This document shows, one piece after another, positions 12,676 to 25,400 of a DNA stretch of 43,818 nucleotides. The stretch lies in the NCBI GenBank assembly GCA_002269645.1, contig NIVC01004503.1, positions 1 to 43,818 of the forward strand. The letters run 5' to 3'. The position numbers were made by a program, and so were the translations under genes. Below the pieces are notes generated by a model. It was not told where the DNA came from and did no database searches. It saw only the letters and a list, made by a program, of their open reading frames with translations. Source of the stretch: Macrostomum lignano. Taxonomy: Eukaryota. Each line of letters starts with the position of its first letter. Within the stretch, counting starts at the first letter, position 1.

Positions 12676-13552
12676 GACATGCATAGTTTTTGTGTTGTTA
12701 AACGGGGGTGGGAGCGGTTGCTACCCGCGGATCAGCCCTGGGAGGGGCTCTGCCGTTGATGGGCACTTCCAGGGGCCTAAGCCCGAGATACCACTAAACT
12801 AGTTGGTTAGACACTAACGTCTTGGCTAGGGATGGGTGTGAACTACTGCTAACCCAAGCCTATGGACTAAGGCACCGCCAACCCAAAAGTGGAATCAGGG
12901 ACGGTGCTAGGACCGAGTCCACCCAGGCCACCACCCAGCAGACAAGTCTTTGGGAGTGCGCGCAAAAAGAGTTTGAAAAGCTTAGTTTGCTACTTAGAGC
13001 GGTCCGAGAGCGGGGAAACCCCAGAGGTCTACGGAAAAAGCACTAGTTAGGAATTTGGTATTTGGCTGGAAGGCTTGTTTCCAAGGGCGAGTCTCCTATC
13101 AAGAGGTAAAGTAGACAAAACCCTTCTATAGGGCTGCAAGCCACAAGGGTATCACCTATCCAGCTTTAGATTGGAGGCCGGGCCAAGGGGTCGGGAAAGG
13201 GGCACAAGGCGCAAGAGGACCCGGACTCAGCCGGTATCCCCGATTCGGGACGAACTCATTCCCCAGGACTCCAGTCCACTGTCAGGATGAGAGCCGAGAC
13301 ACAAGGGCAGGGAGACAGCCAGAGGAGCCAGCAGATGGACCAAGGTCAGAGCAAGATGGGCCGGGCAGGGAGGGCAGAGCTCAAAACTCCAGGTTTGTTA
13401 GAGTGGCACTAAGCCGGTTGGAGTGGCAGGCACTGCCAGTGCGTACATTAATGGGAATAAAAACAATAAAAACAATGGGAGGAGCACCTGGACCCAACCC
13501 GCAGGTTGCTTAAGCCTGCTACCCGGGGCTCAGCCTCAGGACATGCATAGTT
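12676..13552 (-). mobile_element. 851-bp non-coding retro-type insertion (12689-13539) flanked by a 13-bp target-site duplication GACATGCATAGTT
   Basis: Identical 13-mers at 12676-12688 and 13540-13552. The interior is GC-rich within AT-rich flanks, and the - strand ends in an A-rich tail (TTTAACAACACAAAA). No ORF with a recognisable RT or endonuclease. Confidence 0.65.
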
Positions 13553-13853
13553 AGACAAGAACGAAAAATTACTTTTAATTACGGATTTTGATAAACAGCA
13601 TATACGCTAGTATTAGAAAAATGACTTTTCTTAAACGTCATTAAAGTAGCTATCTTCGAAAAAGTCATTAACAGTAACAGAATTTAGTATTGCGGAGTGT
13701 ATTCAGATTTTTAGGAAATTTCGAGTCTGAGATCCTGTGAAATTTACGTAGTTAAAATGTCATTTCATTGGTTTGAACAGGCGGTAAGCAATGTAGCTCG
13801 TATTATGTAATCACATACTACTATCAAATAAATATCAGATTTTAGCTCAAATA

Positions 13854-13859
13854 TTTATT
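13854..13859 (-). promoter_or_regulatory. Candidate polyadenylation signal (AATAAA, - strand) of the mucin gene
   Basis: TTTATT on the + strand, ~300 nt downstream of the predicted stop at 14161. Confidence 0.3.
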
Positions 13860-14160
13860 GCTTAGTTTTTAATTCTAATATTGCAAAATGTATATGTATA
13901 TAAGGCTTAAAATAAAACTGAAAAATTTTTTAACTTTTTAAGTGGAATAAATTGTATCCTACAGTAAAAATCCAACCAAAAACTGCAAAAAACTCTGATC
14001 AGTCTCACAACTTCTTGAAACAAAGCAGAAGCAACTTACACATCATATCTGGGAGAGGTTAAACATGAGCATAAAAACAAACATGAAAATATAAATGTCG
14101 ATGTCTACATGTATCACAAAACACAAAGCTTCTGTAAACCCTGCATTTACCAAAAAAACT

Positions 14161-14350
14161 TTACACATTCACATCAATAACATCGTGCCCAGATGCGCCA
14201 TCGGCGAACGTTCCGTAATTCAAACTGGGCTGAAAAAATTCCGACAATGCTCTCACGCGACGGAAATTAACTGCGCTGGCAGCTTGCGACTCCAAGGCTG
14301 GCGGCGCCCGCTCGGGATCCATGGTTCTATGAAAATTCACGTTGCCAAAT
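14161..14350 (-). CDS. Transmembrane mucin, probable terminal exon: cytoplasmic tail FGNVNFHRTMDPERAPPALESQAASAVNFRRVRALSEFFQPSLNYGTFADGASGHDVIDVNV*
   Basis: Acceptor TACATTTTTTTAG| (+ strand CT at 14351-14352). Phase 2 matches the TM exon (AG+A = Arg). GC-rich island in AT-rich surroundings; the other two frames close quickly. Confidence 0.6.
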
Positions 14351-16329
14351 CTAAAAAAATGTATAAAACATGTCAATAGTAACACAACTGTTGAGGCTCT
14401 TGATTTGCAACAGCACCATCGATCCGCTATAATAGTAAAAAATGCGAAAACGTATTTTGCTGCAAATCAAACTTATCAACGCTGCATGAACAAACTGGAA
14501 CTGCTTTATATGAGGCTCCGCATCAGTGATGTACTAGCACACTTTGACCTACCGGTATTTTCTCTAACAGTTAAACAATTAGGTAATTTCTGGCTGTCGC
14601 TATTTAAATCAATAAATCCCGGTTTTACATAAGTAGCCATAGCCATAAAACTACGAGTACTTGGGAATTTCTGTTATATAAGCATAAAAATTACAGAACG
14701 AAGAAAAAACAAGCTAAATTTAAAGCGCATGCTTTCCAGTACATTGATTTTCGTCCTTTGATTTTAACTTTGAAGAATAAATGTTCAAAAGGAAATCAAT
14801 TTCTCTCTCTTAAAGAAGAACCCAGAAGTATGGGCCATGACAGTCAAGAGGTGCATGCGCAGTTAATATACCTGTTTGCATTCGATTTTGTGCAAACTGC
14901 GTTATATTTAGTGCCATACACACAGCGGAAACGAGCCAAGCCGAAATACATGGTTTGCCATAGACATGTGCAGAAGCCCAGCAACCAAAGTGGTCTAAAC
15001 CAAACATCATATATACACAAGATAGGGCACTCATTAACAACTTATGTGGTCATAAAATCTATTTGTAAAAAAATTGCAACTCGCGACAGCGCGAAAATCA
15101 ACTACTGAATTTAATTTCGTAAGTAGAATCTGCAGTGCATGCATCATACTTAGTTTGATTGAGTAGCTTTTTATTTAATTCATGAGAAGTTCTACCAAAT
15201 TCTTAAATATAGCGTCTATGTCCCTAGGCTGCTGAACTCAAAATTTAAGCAACCTATGTCGGCTTTTTTCGCACAAGTGACGAAAATAACAACAGCGGTC
15301 GAACTTTCCCTATCACCGCCATACAAAGTGGCCTATCTAGTGAATATAAGATCTATGGTCTAAACTAAGTTTTTTGGCTAACAAGAGGGCTTCTCATGGT
15401 CCACCAAGCTGATTCTGGAATAAGGGCCTCTATGTGTCATTTTTCTCAATTTACAAGCTATCTTGTACGAGCAATTCTTGGACAGACCAAATTAAACGCA
15501 GCTATTTCCAAATTGCTTGCTGCTTTCTATGGCCAAACCAGAAGTGGCTGACACGTCAGCCTGCTGACGAATTCGCACCAAATTGAACGCAGATTTAACC
15601 AAATAGAGCGCAAAAAGGTACAATACTCGTAGAACGAAGCACATCACCTAAAAACAACAGCTTCAGTATTAGTCATAAACTATAGATTTGCTCTCACTGC
15701 AAGAAGAATACACTGAGCTGTTATTGGCCATTTTCTCAGGTAAATTTTCTAGGTAGAGATTTCAGAAAAAACCGAGGCTAATCCTAGAGATTTGCAATCA
15801 ACTGAATCAAGCTGCAGAAAAATGGACCCAGCGATTTGCCTTTAAATGCATTAGCTACTTTACTATATTCGACACATTCCGATGCCTGTCCTTATCTATG
15901 GCCCAAAAACGACAACTGCAGTAGTGGTACGATTCATGACACCATAGCCCTAAGCTTTAGCAATGTTATCTTAAATGCAAATAAAATCTTATTGCTAAAC
16001 AAAATTTCCGCTTTCAAAGCAACAGAATTAACTCATGGAAAAAACTTTCAGGAAGAGTGCCTGTTTTGATTGAAGAAATTAAACAATCCTAGAAACTGGT
16101 ACTACTCAAACAATAAAATTGGTTTCGCAAAAAAGGTTGTCTGAGACATAGAAAAACCGTCATATTATTTCCCACTCCTTCTCAAAAAGGTGTGCGACAA
16201 AATCGGTAAAGAACTCTCGTTCTTTCACGTAAACTATCAACTATTAAAGTGTAACCTATTTCATTACTTTAACTAACATTAAAAATCTAAAAAAACTATC
16301 CTAGACTACAATTGCAATAAAAAACTTAC

Positions 16330-16414
16330 CTCTGGCGATAAAAAACAACACCGTAGCTGACCAACGGAATGAAAATAACCGCACCAATCACCGACGCAAT
16401 CGAACCGATAAGCC
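16330..16414 (-). CDS. Transmembrane mucin, TM exon (W)LIGSIASVIGAVIFIPLVSYGVVFYRQ(R)
   Basis: Acceptor GTTTTTTGTAG| and donor AG|GTAAGT. A 68-nt GT-AG intron (16415-16482) joins it in phase 1 to the repeat exon. It encodes ~24 hydrophobic residues followed by basic RQR (positive-inside rule). Confidence 0.85.
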
Positions 16415-16482
16415 CTACAAAAAACATTACTAGAGTTGCGCCAAAAAACCAAAAAAAATTTAAAAGTACAAAGTAAACCTAC

Positions 16483-19400
16483 AAGAAGGTGCTTGTGAAG
16501 GAACCAAAGGCAACGACTCAGTAGTCACGTGCTCCGTCGTAGCTTCCGGCAACCCAGTGCTGCTGATGAAGCCAGTAGTACTGCTGCTCTCCGTCGGCGG
16601 CGGTGCAGTCTCAGTAGTAGCCTCGGGACCGGCTGTTGTCCTCTCTTCTGTGCTGGCTTCTGTGCTCGCTTCCGGTGAAGCCGAGGAGCTAATAGTAGCC
16701 GACGAAGAGTCCGCAGTCGACGGCTCTGTTGTCAAAGTCGACTCCTCCGACGGCGTCACTGCCTCGTCGGTGGTGCCAGTAGTACTGCTGCTCTCCGTCG
16801 GCGGCGGTGCAGTCTCAGTAGTAGCCTCGGGACCGGCTGTTGTCCTCTCTTCTGTGCTGGCTTCTGTGCTCGCTTCCGGTGAAGCCGAGGAGCTAATAGT
16901 AGCCGACGAAGAGTCCGCAGTCGACGGCTCTGTTGTCAAAGTCGACTCCTCCGACGGCGTCACTGCCTCGTCGGTGGTGCCAGTAGTACTGCTGCTCTCC
17001 GTCGGCGGCGGTGCAGTCTCAGTAGTAGCCTCGGGACCGGCTGTTGTCCTCTCTTCTGTGCTGGCTTCTGTGCTCGCTTCCGGTGAAGCCGAGGAGCTAA
17101 TAGTAGCCGACGAAGAGTCCGCAGTCGACGGCTCTGTTGTCAAAGTCGACTCCTCCGACGGCGTCACTGCCTCGTCGGTGGTGCCAGTAGTACTGCTGCT
17201 CTCCGTCGGCGGCGGTGCAGTCTCAGTAGTAGCCTCGGGACCGGCTGTTGTCCTCTCTTCTGTGCTGGCTTCTGTGCTCGCTTCCGGTGAAGCCGAGGAG
17301 CTAATAGTAGCCGACGAAGAGTCCGCAGTCGACGGCTCTGTTGTCAAAGTCGACTCCTCCGACGGCGTCACTGCCTCGTCGGTGGTGCCAGTAGTACTGC
17401 TGCTCTCCGTCGGCGGCGGTGCAGTCTCAGTAGTAGCCTCGGGACCGGCTGTTGTCCTCTCTTCTGTGCTGGCTTCTGTGCTCGCTTCCGGTGAAGCCGA
17501 GGAGCTAATAGTAGCCGACGAAGAGTCCGCAGTCGACGGCTCTGTTGTCAAAGTCGACTCCTCCGACGGCGTCACTGCCTCGTCGGTGGTGCCAGTAGTA
17601 CTGCTGCTCTCCGTCGGCGGCGGTGCAGTCTCAGTAGTAGCCTCGGGACCGGCTGTTGTCCTCTCTTCTGTGCTGGCTTCTGTGCTCGCTTCCGGTGAAG
17701 CCGAGGAGCTAATAGTAGCCGACGAAGAGTCCGCAGTCGACGGCTCTGTTGTCAAAGTCGACTCCTCCGACGGCGTCACTGCCTCGTCGGTGGTGCCAGT
17801 AGTACTGCTGCTCTCCGTCGGCGGCGGTGCAGTCTCAGTAGTAGCCTCGGGACCGGCTGTTGTCCTCTCTTCTGTGCTGGCTTCTGTGCTCGCTTCCGGT
17901 GAAGCCGAGGAGCTAATAGTAGCCGACGAAGAGTCCGCAGTCGACGGCTCTGTTGTCAAAGTCGACTCCTCCGACGGCGTCACTGCCTCGTCGGTGGTGC
18001 CAGTAGTACTGCTGCTCTCCGTCGGCGGCGGTGCAGTCTCAGTAGTAGCCTCGGGACCGGCTGTTGTCCTCTCTTCTGTGCTGGCTTCTGTGCTCGCTTC
18101 CGGTGAAGCCGAGGAGCTAATAGTAGCCGACGAAGAGTCCGCAGTCGACGGCTCTGTTGTCAAAGTCGACTCCTCCGACGGCGTCACTGCCTCGTCGGTG
18201 GTGCCAGTAGTACTGCTGCTCTCCGTCGGCGGCGGTGCAGTCTCAGTAGTAGCCTCGGGACCGGCTGTTGTCCTCTCTTCTGTGCTGGCTTCTGTGCTCG
18301 CTTCCGGTGAAGCCGAGGAGCTAATAGTAGCCGACGAAGAGTCCGCAGTCGACGGCTCTGTTGTCAAAGTCGACTCCTCCGACGGCGTCACTGCCTCGTC
18401 GGTGGTGCCAGTAGTACTGCTGCTCTCCGTCGGCGGCGGTGCAGTCTCAGTAGTAGCCTCGGGACCGGCTGTTGTCCTCTCTTCTGTGCTGGCTTCTGTG
18501 CTCGCTTCCGGTGAAGCCGAGGAGCTAATAGTAGCCGACGAAGAGTCCGCAGTCGACGGCTCTGTTGTCAAAGTCGACTCCTCCGACGGCGTCACTGCCT
18601 CGTCGGTGGTGCCAGTAGTACTGCTGCTCTCCGTCGGCGGCGGTGCAGTCTCAGTAGTAGCCTCGGGACCGGCTGTTGTCCTCTCTTCTGTGCTGGCTTC
18701 TGTGCTCGCTTCCGGTGAAGCCGAGGAGCTAATAGTAGCCGACGAAGAGTCCGCAGTCGACGGCTCTGTTGTCAAAGTCGACTCCTCCGACGGCGTCACT
18801 GCCTCGTCGGTGGTGCCAGTAGTACTGCTGCTCTCCGTCGGCGGCGGTGCAGTCTCAGTAGTAGCCTCGGGACCGGCTGTTGTCCTCTCTTCTGTGCTGG
18901 CTTCTGTGCTCGCTTCCGGTGAAGCCGAGGAGCTAATAGTAGCCGACGAAGAGTCCGCAGTCGACGGCTCTGTTGTCAAAGTCGACTCCTCCGACGGCGT
19001 CACTGCCTCGTCGGTGGTGCCAGTAGTACTGCTGCTCTCCGTCGGCGGCGGTGCAGTCTCAGTAGTAGCCTCGGGACCGGCTGTTGTCCTCTCTTCTGTG
19101 CTGGCTTCTGTGCTCGCTTCCGGTGAAGCCGAGGAGCTAATAGTAGCCGACGAAGAGTCCGCAGTCGACGGCTCTGTTGTCAAAGTCGACTCCTCCGACG
19201 GCGTCACTGCCTCGTCGGTGGTGCCAGTAGTACTGCTGCTCTCCGTCGGCGGCGGTGCAGTCTCAGTAGTAGCCTCGGGACCGGCTGTTGTCCTCTCTTC
19301 TGTGCTGGCTTCTGTGCTCGCTTCCGGTGAAGCCGAGGAGCTAATAGTAGCCGACGAAGAGTCCGCAGTCGACGGCTCTGTTGTCAAAGTCGACTCCTCC

Positions 19401-22400
19401 GACGGCGTCACTGCCTCGTCGGTGGTGCCAGTAGTACTGCTGCTCTCCGTCGGCGGCGGTGCAGTCTCAGTAGTAGCCTCGGGACCGGCTGTTGTCCTCT
19501 CTTCTGTGCTGGCTTCTGTGCTCGCTTCCGGTGAAGCCGAGGAGCTAATAGTAGCCGACGAAGAGTCCGCAGTCGACGGCTCTGTTGTCAAAGTCGACTC
19601 CTCCGACGGCGTCACTGCCTCGTCGGTGGTGCCAGTAGTACTGCTGCTCTCCGTCGGCGGCGGTGCAGTCTCAGTAGTAGCCTCGGGACCGGCTGTTGTC
19701 CTCTCTTCTGTGCTGGCTTCTGTGCTCGCTTCCGGTGAAGCCGAGGAGCTAATAGTAGCCGACGAAGAGTCCGCAGTCGACGGCTCTGTTGTCAAAGTCG
19801 ACTCCTCCGACGGCGTCACTGCCTCGTCGGTGGTGCCAGTAGTACTGCTGCTCTCCGTCGGCGGCGGTGCAGTCTCAGTAGTAGCCTCGGGACCGGCTGT
19901 TGTCCTCTCTTCTGTGCTGGCTTCTGTGCTCGCTTCCGGTGAAGCCGAGGAGCTAATAGTAGCCGACGAAGAGTCCGCAGTCGACGGCTCTGTTGTCAAA
20001 GTCGACTCCTCCGACGGCGTCACTGCCTCGTCGGTGGTGCCAGTAGTACTGCTGCTCTCCGTCGGCGGCGGTGCAGTCTCAGTAGTAGCCTCGGGACCGG
20101 CTGTTGTCCTCTCTTCTGTGCTGGCTTCTGTGCTCGCTTCCGGTGAAGCCGAGGAGCTAATAGTAGCCGACGAAGAGTCCGCAGTCGACGGCTCTGTTGT
20201 CAAAGTCGACTCCTCCGACGGCGTCACTGCCTCGTCGGTGGTGCCAGTAGTACTGCTGCTCTCCGTCGGCGGCGGTGCAGTCTCAGTAGTAGCCTCGGGA
20301 CCGGCTGTTGTCCTCTCTTCTGTGCTGGCTTCTGTGCTCGCTTCCGGTGAAGCCGAGGAGCTAATAGTAGCCGACGAAGAGTCCGCAGTCGACGGCTCTG
20401 TTGTCAAAGTCGACTCCTCCGACGGCGTCACTGCCTCGTCGGTGGTGCCAGTAGTACTGCTGCTCTCCGTCGGCGGCGGTGCAGTCTCAGTAGTAGCCTC
20501 GGGACCGGCTGTTGTCCTCTCTTCTGTGCTGGCTTCTGTGCTCGCTTCCGGTGAAGCCGAGGAGCTAATAGTAGCCGACGAAGAGTCCGCAGTCGACGGC
20601 TCTGTTGTCAAAGTCGACTCCTCCGACGGCGTCACTGCCTCGTCGGTGGTGCCAGTAGTACTGCTGCTCTCCGTCGGCGGCGGTGCAGTCTCAGTAGTAG
20701 CCTCGGGACCGGCTGTTGTCCTCTCTTCTGTGCTGGCTTCTGTGCTCGCTTCCGGTGAAGCCGAGGAGCTAATAGTAGCCGACGAAGAGTCCGCAGTCGA
20801 CGGCTCTGTTGTCAAAGTCGACTCCTCCGACGGCGTCACTGCCTCGTCGGTGGTGCCAGTAGTACTGCTGCTCTCCGTCGGCGGCGGTGCAGTCTCAGTA
20901 GTAGCCTCGGGACCGGCTGTTGTCCTCTCTTCTGTGCTGGCTTCTGTGCTCGCTTCCGGTGAAGCCGAGGAGCTAATAGTAGCCGACGAAGAGTCCGCAG
21001 TCGACGGCTCTGTTGTCAAAGTCGACTCCTCCGACGGCGTCACTGCCTCGTCGGTGGTGCCAGTAGTACTGCTGCTCTCCGTCGGCGGCGGTGCAGTCTC
21101 AGTAGTAGCCTCGGGACCGGCTGTTGTCCTCTCTTCTGTGCTGGCTTCTGTGCTCGCTTCCGGTGAAGCCGAGGAGCTAATAGTAGCCGACGAAGAGTCC
21201 GCAGTCGACGGCTCTGTTGTCAAAGTCGACTCCTCCGACGGCGTCACTGCCTCGTCGGTGGTGCCAGTAGTACTGCTGCTCTCCGTCGGCGGCGGTGCAG
21301 TCTCAGTAGTAGCCTCGGGACCGGCTGTTGTCCTCTCTTCTGTGCTGGCTTCTGTGCTCGCTTCCGGTGAAGCCGAGGAGCTAATAGTAGCCGACGAAGA
21401 GTCCGCAGTCGACGGCTCTGTTGTCAAAGTCGACTCCTCCGACGGCGTCACTGCCTCGTCGGTGGTGCCAGTAGTACTGCTGCTCTCCGTCGGCGGCGGT
21501 GCAGTCTCAGTAGTAGCCTCGGGACCGGCTGTTGTCCTCTCTTCTGTGCTGGCTTCTGTGCTCGCTTCCGGTGAAGCCGAGGAGCTAATAGTAGCCGACG
21601 AAGAGTCCGCAGTCGACGGCTCTGTTGTCAAAGTCGACTCCTCCGACGGCGTCACTGCCTCGTCGGTGGTGCCAGTAGTACTGCTGCTCTCCGTCGGCGG
21701 CGGTGCAGTCTCAGTAGTAGCCTCGGGACCGGCTGTTGTCCTCTCTTCTGTGCTGGCTTCTGTGCTCGCTTCCGGTGAAGCCGAGGAGCTAATAGTAGCC
21801 GACGAAGAGTCCGCAGTCGACGGCTCTGTTGTCAAAGTCGACTCCTCCGACGGCGTCACTGCCTCGTCGGTGGTGCCAGTAGTACTGCTGCTCTCCGTCG
21901 GCGGCGGTGCAGTCTCAGTAGTAGCCTCGGGACCGGCTGTTGTCCTCTCTTCTGTGCTGGCTTCTGTGCTCGCTTCCGGTGAAGCCGAGGAGCTAATAGT
22001 AGCCGACGAAGAGTCCGCAGTCGACGGCTCTGTTGTCAAAGTCGACTCCTCCGACGGCGTCACTGCCTCGTCGGTGGTGCCAGTAGTACTGCTGCTCTCC
22101 GTCGGCGGCGGTGCAGTCTCAGTAGTAGCCTCGGGACCGGCTGTTGTCCTCTCTTCTGTGCTGGCTTCTGTGCTCGCTTCCGGTGAAGCCGAGGAGCTAA
22201 TAGTAGCCGACGAAGAGTCCGCAGTCGACGGCTCTGTTGTCAAAGTCGACTCCTCCGACGGCGTCACTGCCTCGTCGGTGGTGCCAGTAGTACTGCTGCT
22301 CTCCGTCGGCGGCGGTGCAGTCTCAGTAGTAGCCTCGGGACCGGCTGTTGTCCTCTCTTCTGTGCTGGCTTCTGTGCTCGCTTCCGGTGAAGCCGAGGAG

Positions 22401-25400
22401 CTAATAGTAGCCGACGAAGAGTCCGCAGTCGACGGCTCTGTTGTCAAAGTCGACTCCTCCGACGGCGTCACTGCCTCGTCGGTGGTGCCAGTAGTACTGC
22501 TGCTCTCCGTCGGCGGCGGTGCAGTCTCAGTAGTAGCCTCGGGACCGGCTGTTGTCCTCTCTTCTGTGCTGGCTTCTGTGCTCGCTTCCGGTGAAGCCGA
22601 GGAGCTAATAGTAGCCGACGAAGAGTCCGCAGTCGACGGCTCTGTTGTCAAAGTCGACTCCTCCGACGGCGTCACTGCCTCGTCGGTGGTGCCAGTAGTA
22701 CTGCTGCTCTCCGTCGGCGGCGGTGCAGTCTCAGTAGTAGCCTCGGGACCGGCTGTTGTCCTCTCTTCTGTGCTGGCTTCTGTGCTCGCTTCCGGTGAAG
22801 CCGAGGAGCTAATAGTAGCCGACGAAGAGTCCGCAGTCGACGGCTCTGTTGTCAAAGTCGACTCCTCCGACGGCGTCACTGCCTCGTCGGTGGTGCCAGT
22901 AGTACTGCTGCTCTCCGTCGGCGGCGGTGCAGTCTCAGTAGTAGCCTCGGGACCGGCTGTTGTCCTCTCTTCTGTGCTGGCTTCTGTGCTCGCTTCCGGT
23001 GAAGCCGAGGAGCTAATAGTAGCCGACGAAGAGTCCGCAGTCGACGGCTCTGTTGTCAAAGTCGACTCCTCCGACGGCGTCACTGCCTCGTCGGTGGTGC
23101 CAGTAGTACTGCTGCTCTCCGTCGGCGGCGGTGCAGTCTCAGTAGTAGCCTCGGGACCGGCTGTTGTCCTCTCTTCTGTGCTGGCTTCTGTGCTCGCTTC
23201 CGGTGAAGCCGAGGAGCTAATAGTAGCCGACGAAGAGTCCGCAGTCGACGGCTCTGTTGTCAAAGTCGACTCCTCCGACGGCGTCACTGCCTCGTCGGTG
23301 GTGCCAGTAGTACTGCTGCTCTCCGTCGGCGGCGGTGCAGTCTCAGTAGTAGCCTCGGGACCGGCTGTTGTCCTCTCTTCTGTGCTGGCTTCTGTGCTCG
23401 CTTCCGGTGAAGCCGAGGAGCTAATAGTAGCCGACGAAGAGTCCGCAGTCGACGGCTCTGTTGTCAAAGTCGACTCCTCCGACGGCGTCACTGCCTCGTC
23501 GGTGGTGCCAGTAGTACTGCTGCTCTCCGTCGGCGGCGGTGCAGTCTCAGTAGTAGCCTCGGGACCGGCTGTTGTCCTCTCTTCTGTGCTGGCTTCTGTG
23601 CTCGCTTCCGGTGAAGCCGAGGAGCTAATAGTAGCCGACGAAGAGTCCGCAGTCGACGGCTCTGTTGTCAAAGTCGACTCCTCCGACGGCGTCACTGCCT
23701 CGTCGGTGGTGCCAGTAGTACTGCTGCTCTCCGTCGGCGGCGGTGCAGTCTCAGTAGTAGCCTCGGGACCGGCTGTTGTCCTCTCTTCTGTGCTGGCTTC
23801 TGTGCTCGCTTCCGGTGAAGCCGAGGAGCTAATAGTAGCCGACGAAGAGTCCGCAGTCGACGGCTCTGTTGTCAAAGTCGACTCCTCCGACGGCGTCACT
23901 GCCTCGTCGGTGGTGCCAGTAGTACTGCTGCTCTCCGTCGGCGGCGGTGCAGTCTCAGTAGTAGCCTCGGGACCGGCTGTTGTCCTCTCTTCTGTGCTGG
24001 CTTCTGTGCTCGCTTCCGGTGAAGCCGAGGAGCTAATAGTAGCCGACGAAGAGTCCGCAGTCGACGGCTCTGTTGTCAAAGTCGACTCCTCCGACGGCGT
24101 CACTGCCTCGTCGGTGGTGCCAGTAGTACTGCTGCTCTCCGTCGGCGGCGGTGCAGTCTCAGTAGTAGCCTCGGGACCGGCTGTTGTCCTCTCTTCTGTG
24201 CTGGCTTCTGTGCTCGCTTCCGGTGAAGCCGAGGAGCTAATAGTAGCCGACGAAGAGTCCGCAGTCGACGGCTCTGTTGTCAAAGTCGACTCCTCCGACG
24301 GCGTCACTGCCTCGTCGGTGGTGCCAGTAGTACTGCTGCTCTCCGTCGGCGGCGGTGCAGTCTCAGTAGTAGCCTCGGGACCGGCTGTTGTCCTCTCTTC
24401 TGTGCTGGCTTCTGTGCTCGCTTCCGGTGAAGCCGAGGAGCTAATAGTAGCCGACGAAGAGTCCGCAGTCGACGGCTCTGTTGTCAAAGTCGACTCCTCC
24501 GACGGCGTCACTGCCTCGTCGGTGGTGCCAGTAGTACTGCTGCTCTCCGTCGGCGGCGGTGCAGTCTCAGTAGTAGCCTCGGGACCGGCTGTTGTCCTCT
24601 CTTCTGTGCTGGCTTCTGTGCTCGCTTCCGGTGAAGCCGAGGAGCTAATAGTAGCCGACGAAGAGTCCGCAGTCGACGGCTCTGTTGTCAAAGTCGACTC
24701 CTCCGACGGCGTCACTGCCTCGTCGGTGGTGCCAGTAGTACTGCTGCTCTCCGTCGGCGGCGGTGCAGTCTCAGTAGTAGCCTCGGGACCGGCTGTTGTC
24801 CTCTCTTCTGTGCTGGCTTCTGTGCTCGCTTCCGGTGAAGCCGAGGAGCTAATAGTAGCCGACGAAGAGTCCGCAGTCGACGGCTCTGTTGTCAAAGTCG
24901 ACTCCTCCGACGGCGTCACTGCCTCGTCGGTGGTGCCAGTAGTACTGCTGCTCTCCGTCGGCGGCGGTGCAGTCTCAGTAGTAGCCTCGGGACCGGCTGT
25001 TGTCCTCTCTTCTGTGCTGGCTTCTGTGCTCGCTTCCGGTGAAGCCGAGGAGCTAATAGTAGCCGACGAAGAGTCCGCAGTCGACGGCTCTGTTGTCAAA
25101 GTCGACTCCTCCGACGGCGTCACTGCCTCGTCGGTGGTGCCAGTAGTACTGCTGCTCTCCGTCGGCGGCGGTGCAGTCTCAGTAGTAGCCTCGGGACCGG
25201 CTGTTGTCCTCTCTTCTGTGCTGGCTTCTGTGCTCGCTTCCGGTGAAGCCGAGGAGCTAATAGTAGCCGACGAAGAGTCCGCAGTCGACGGCTCTGTTGT
25301 CAAAGTCGACTCCTCCGACGGCGTCACTGCCTCGTCGGTGGTGCCAGTAGTACTGCTGCTCTCCGTCGGCGGCGGTGCAGTCTCAGTAGTAGCCTCGGGA

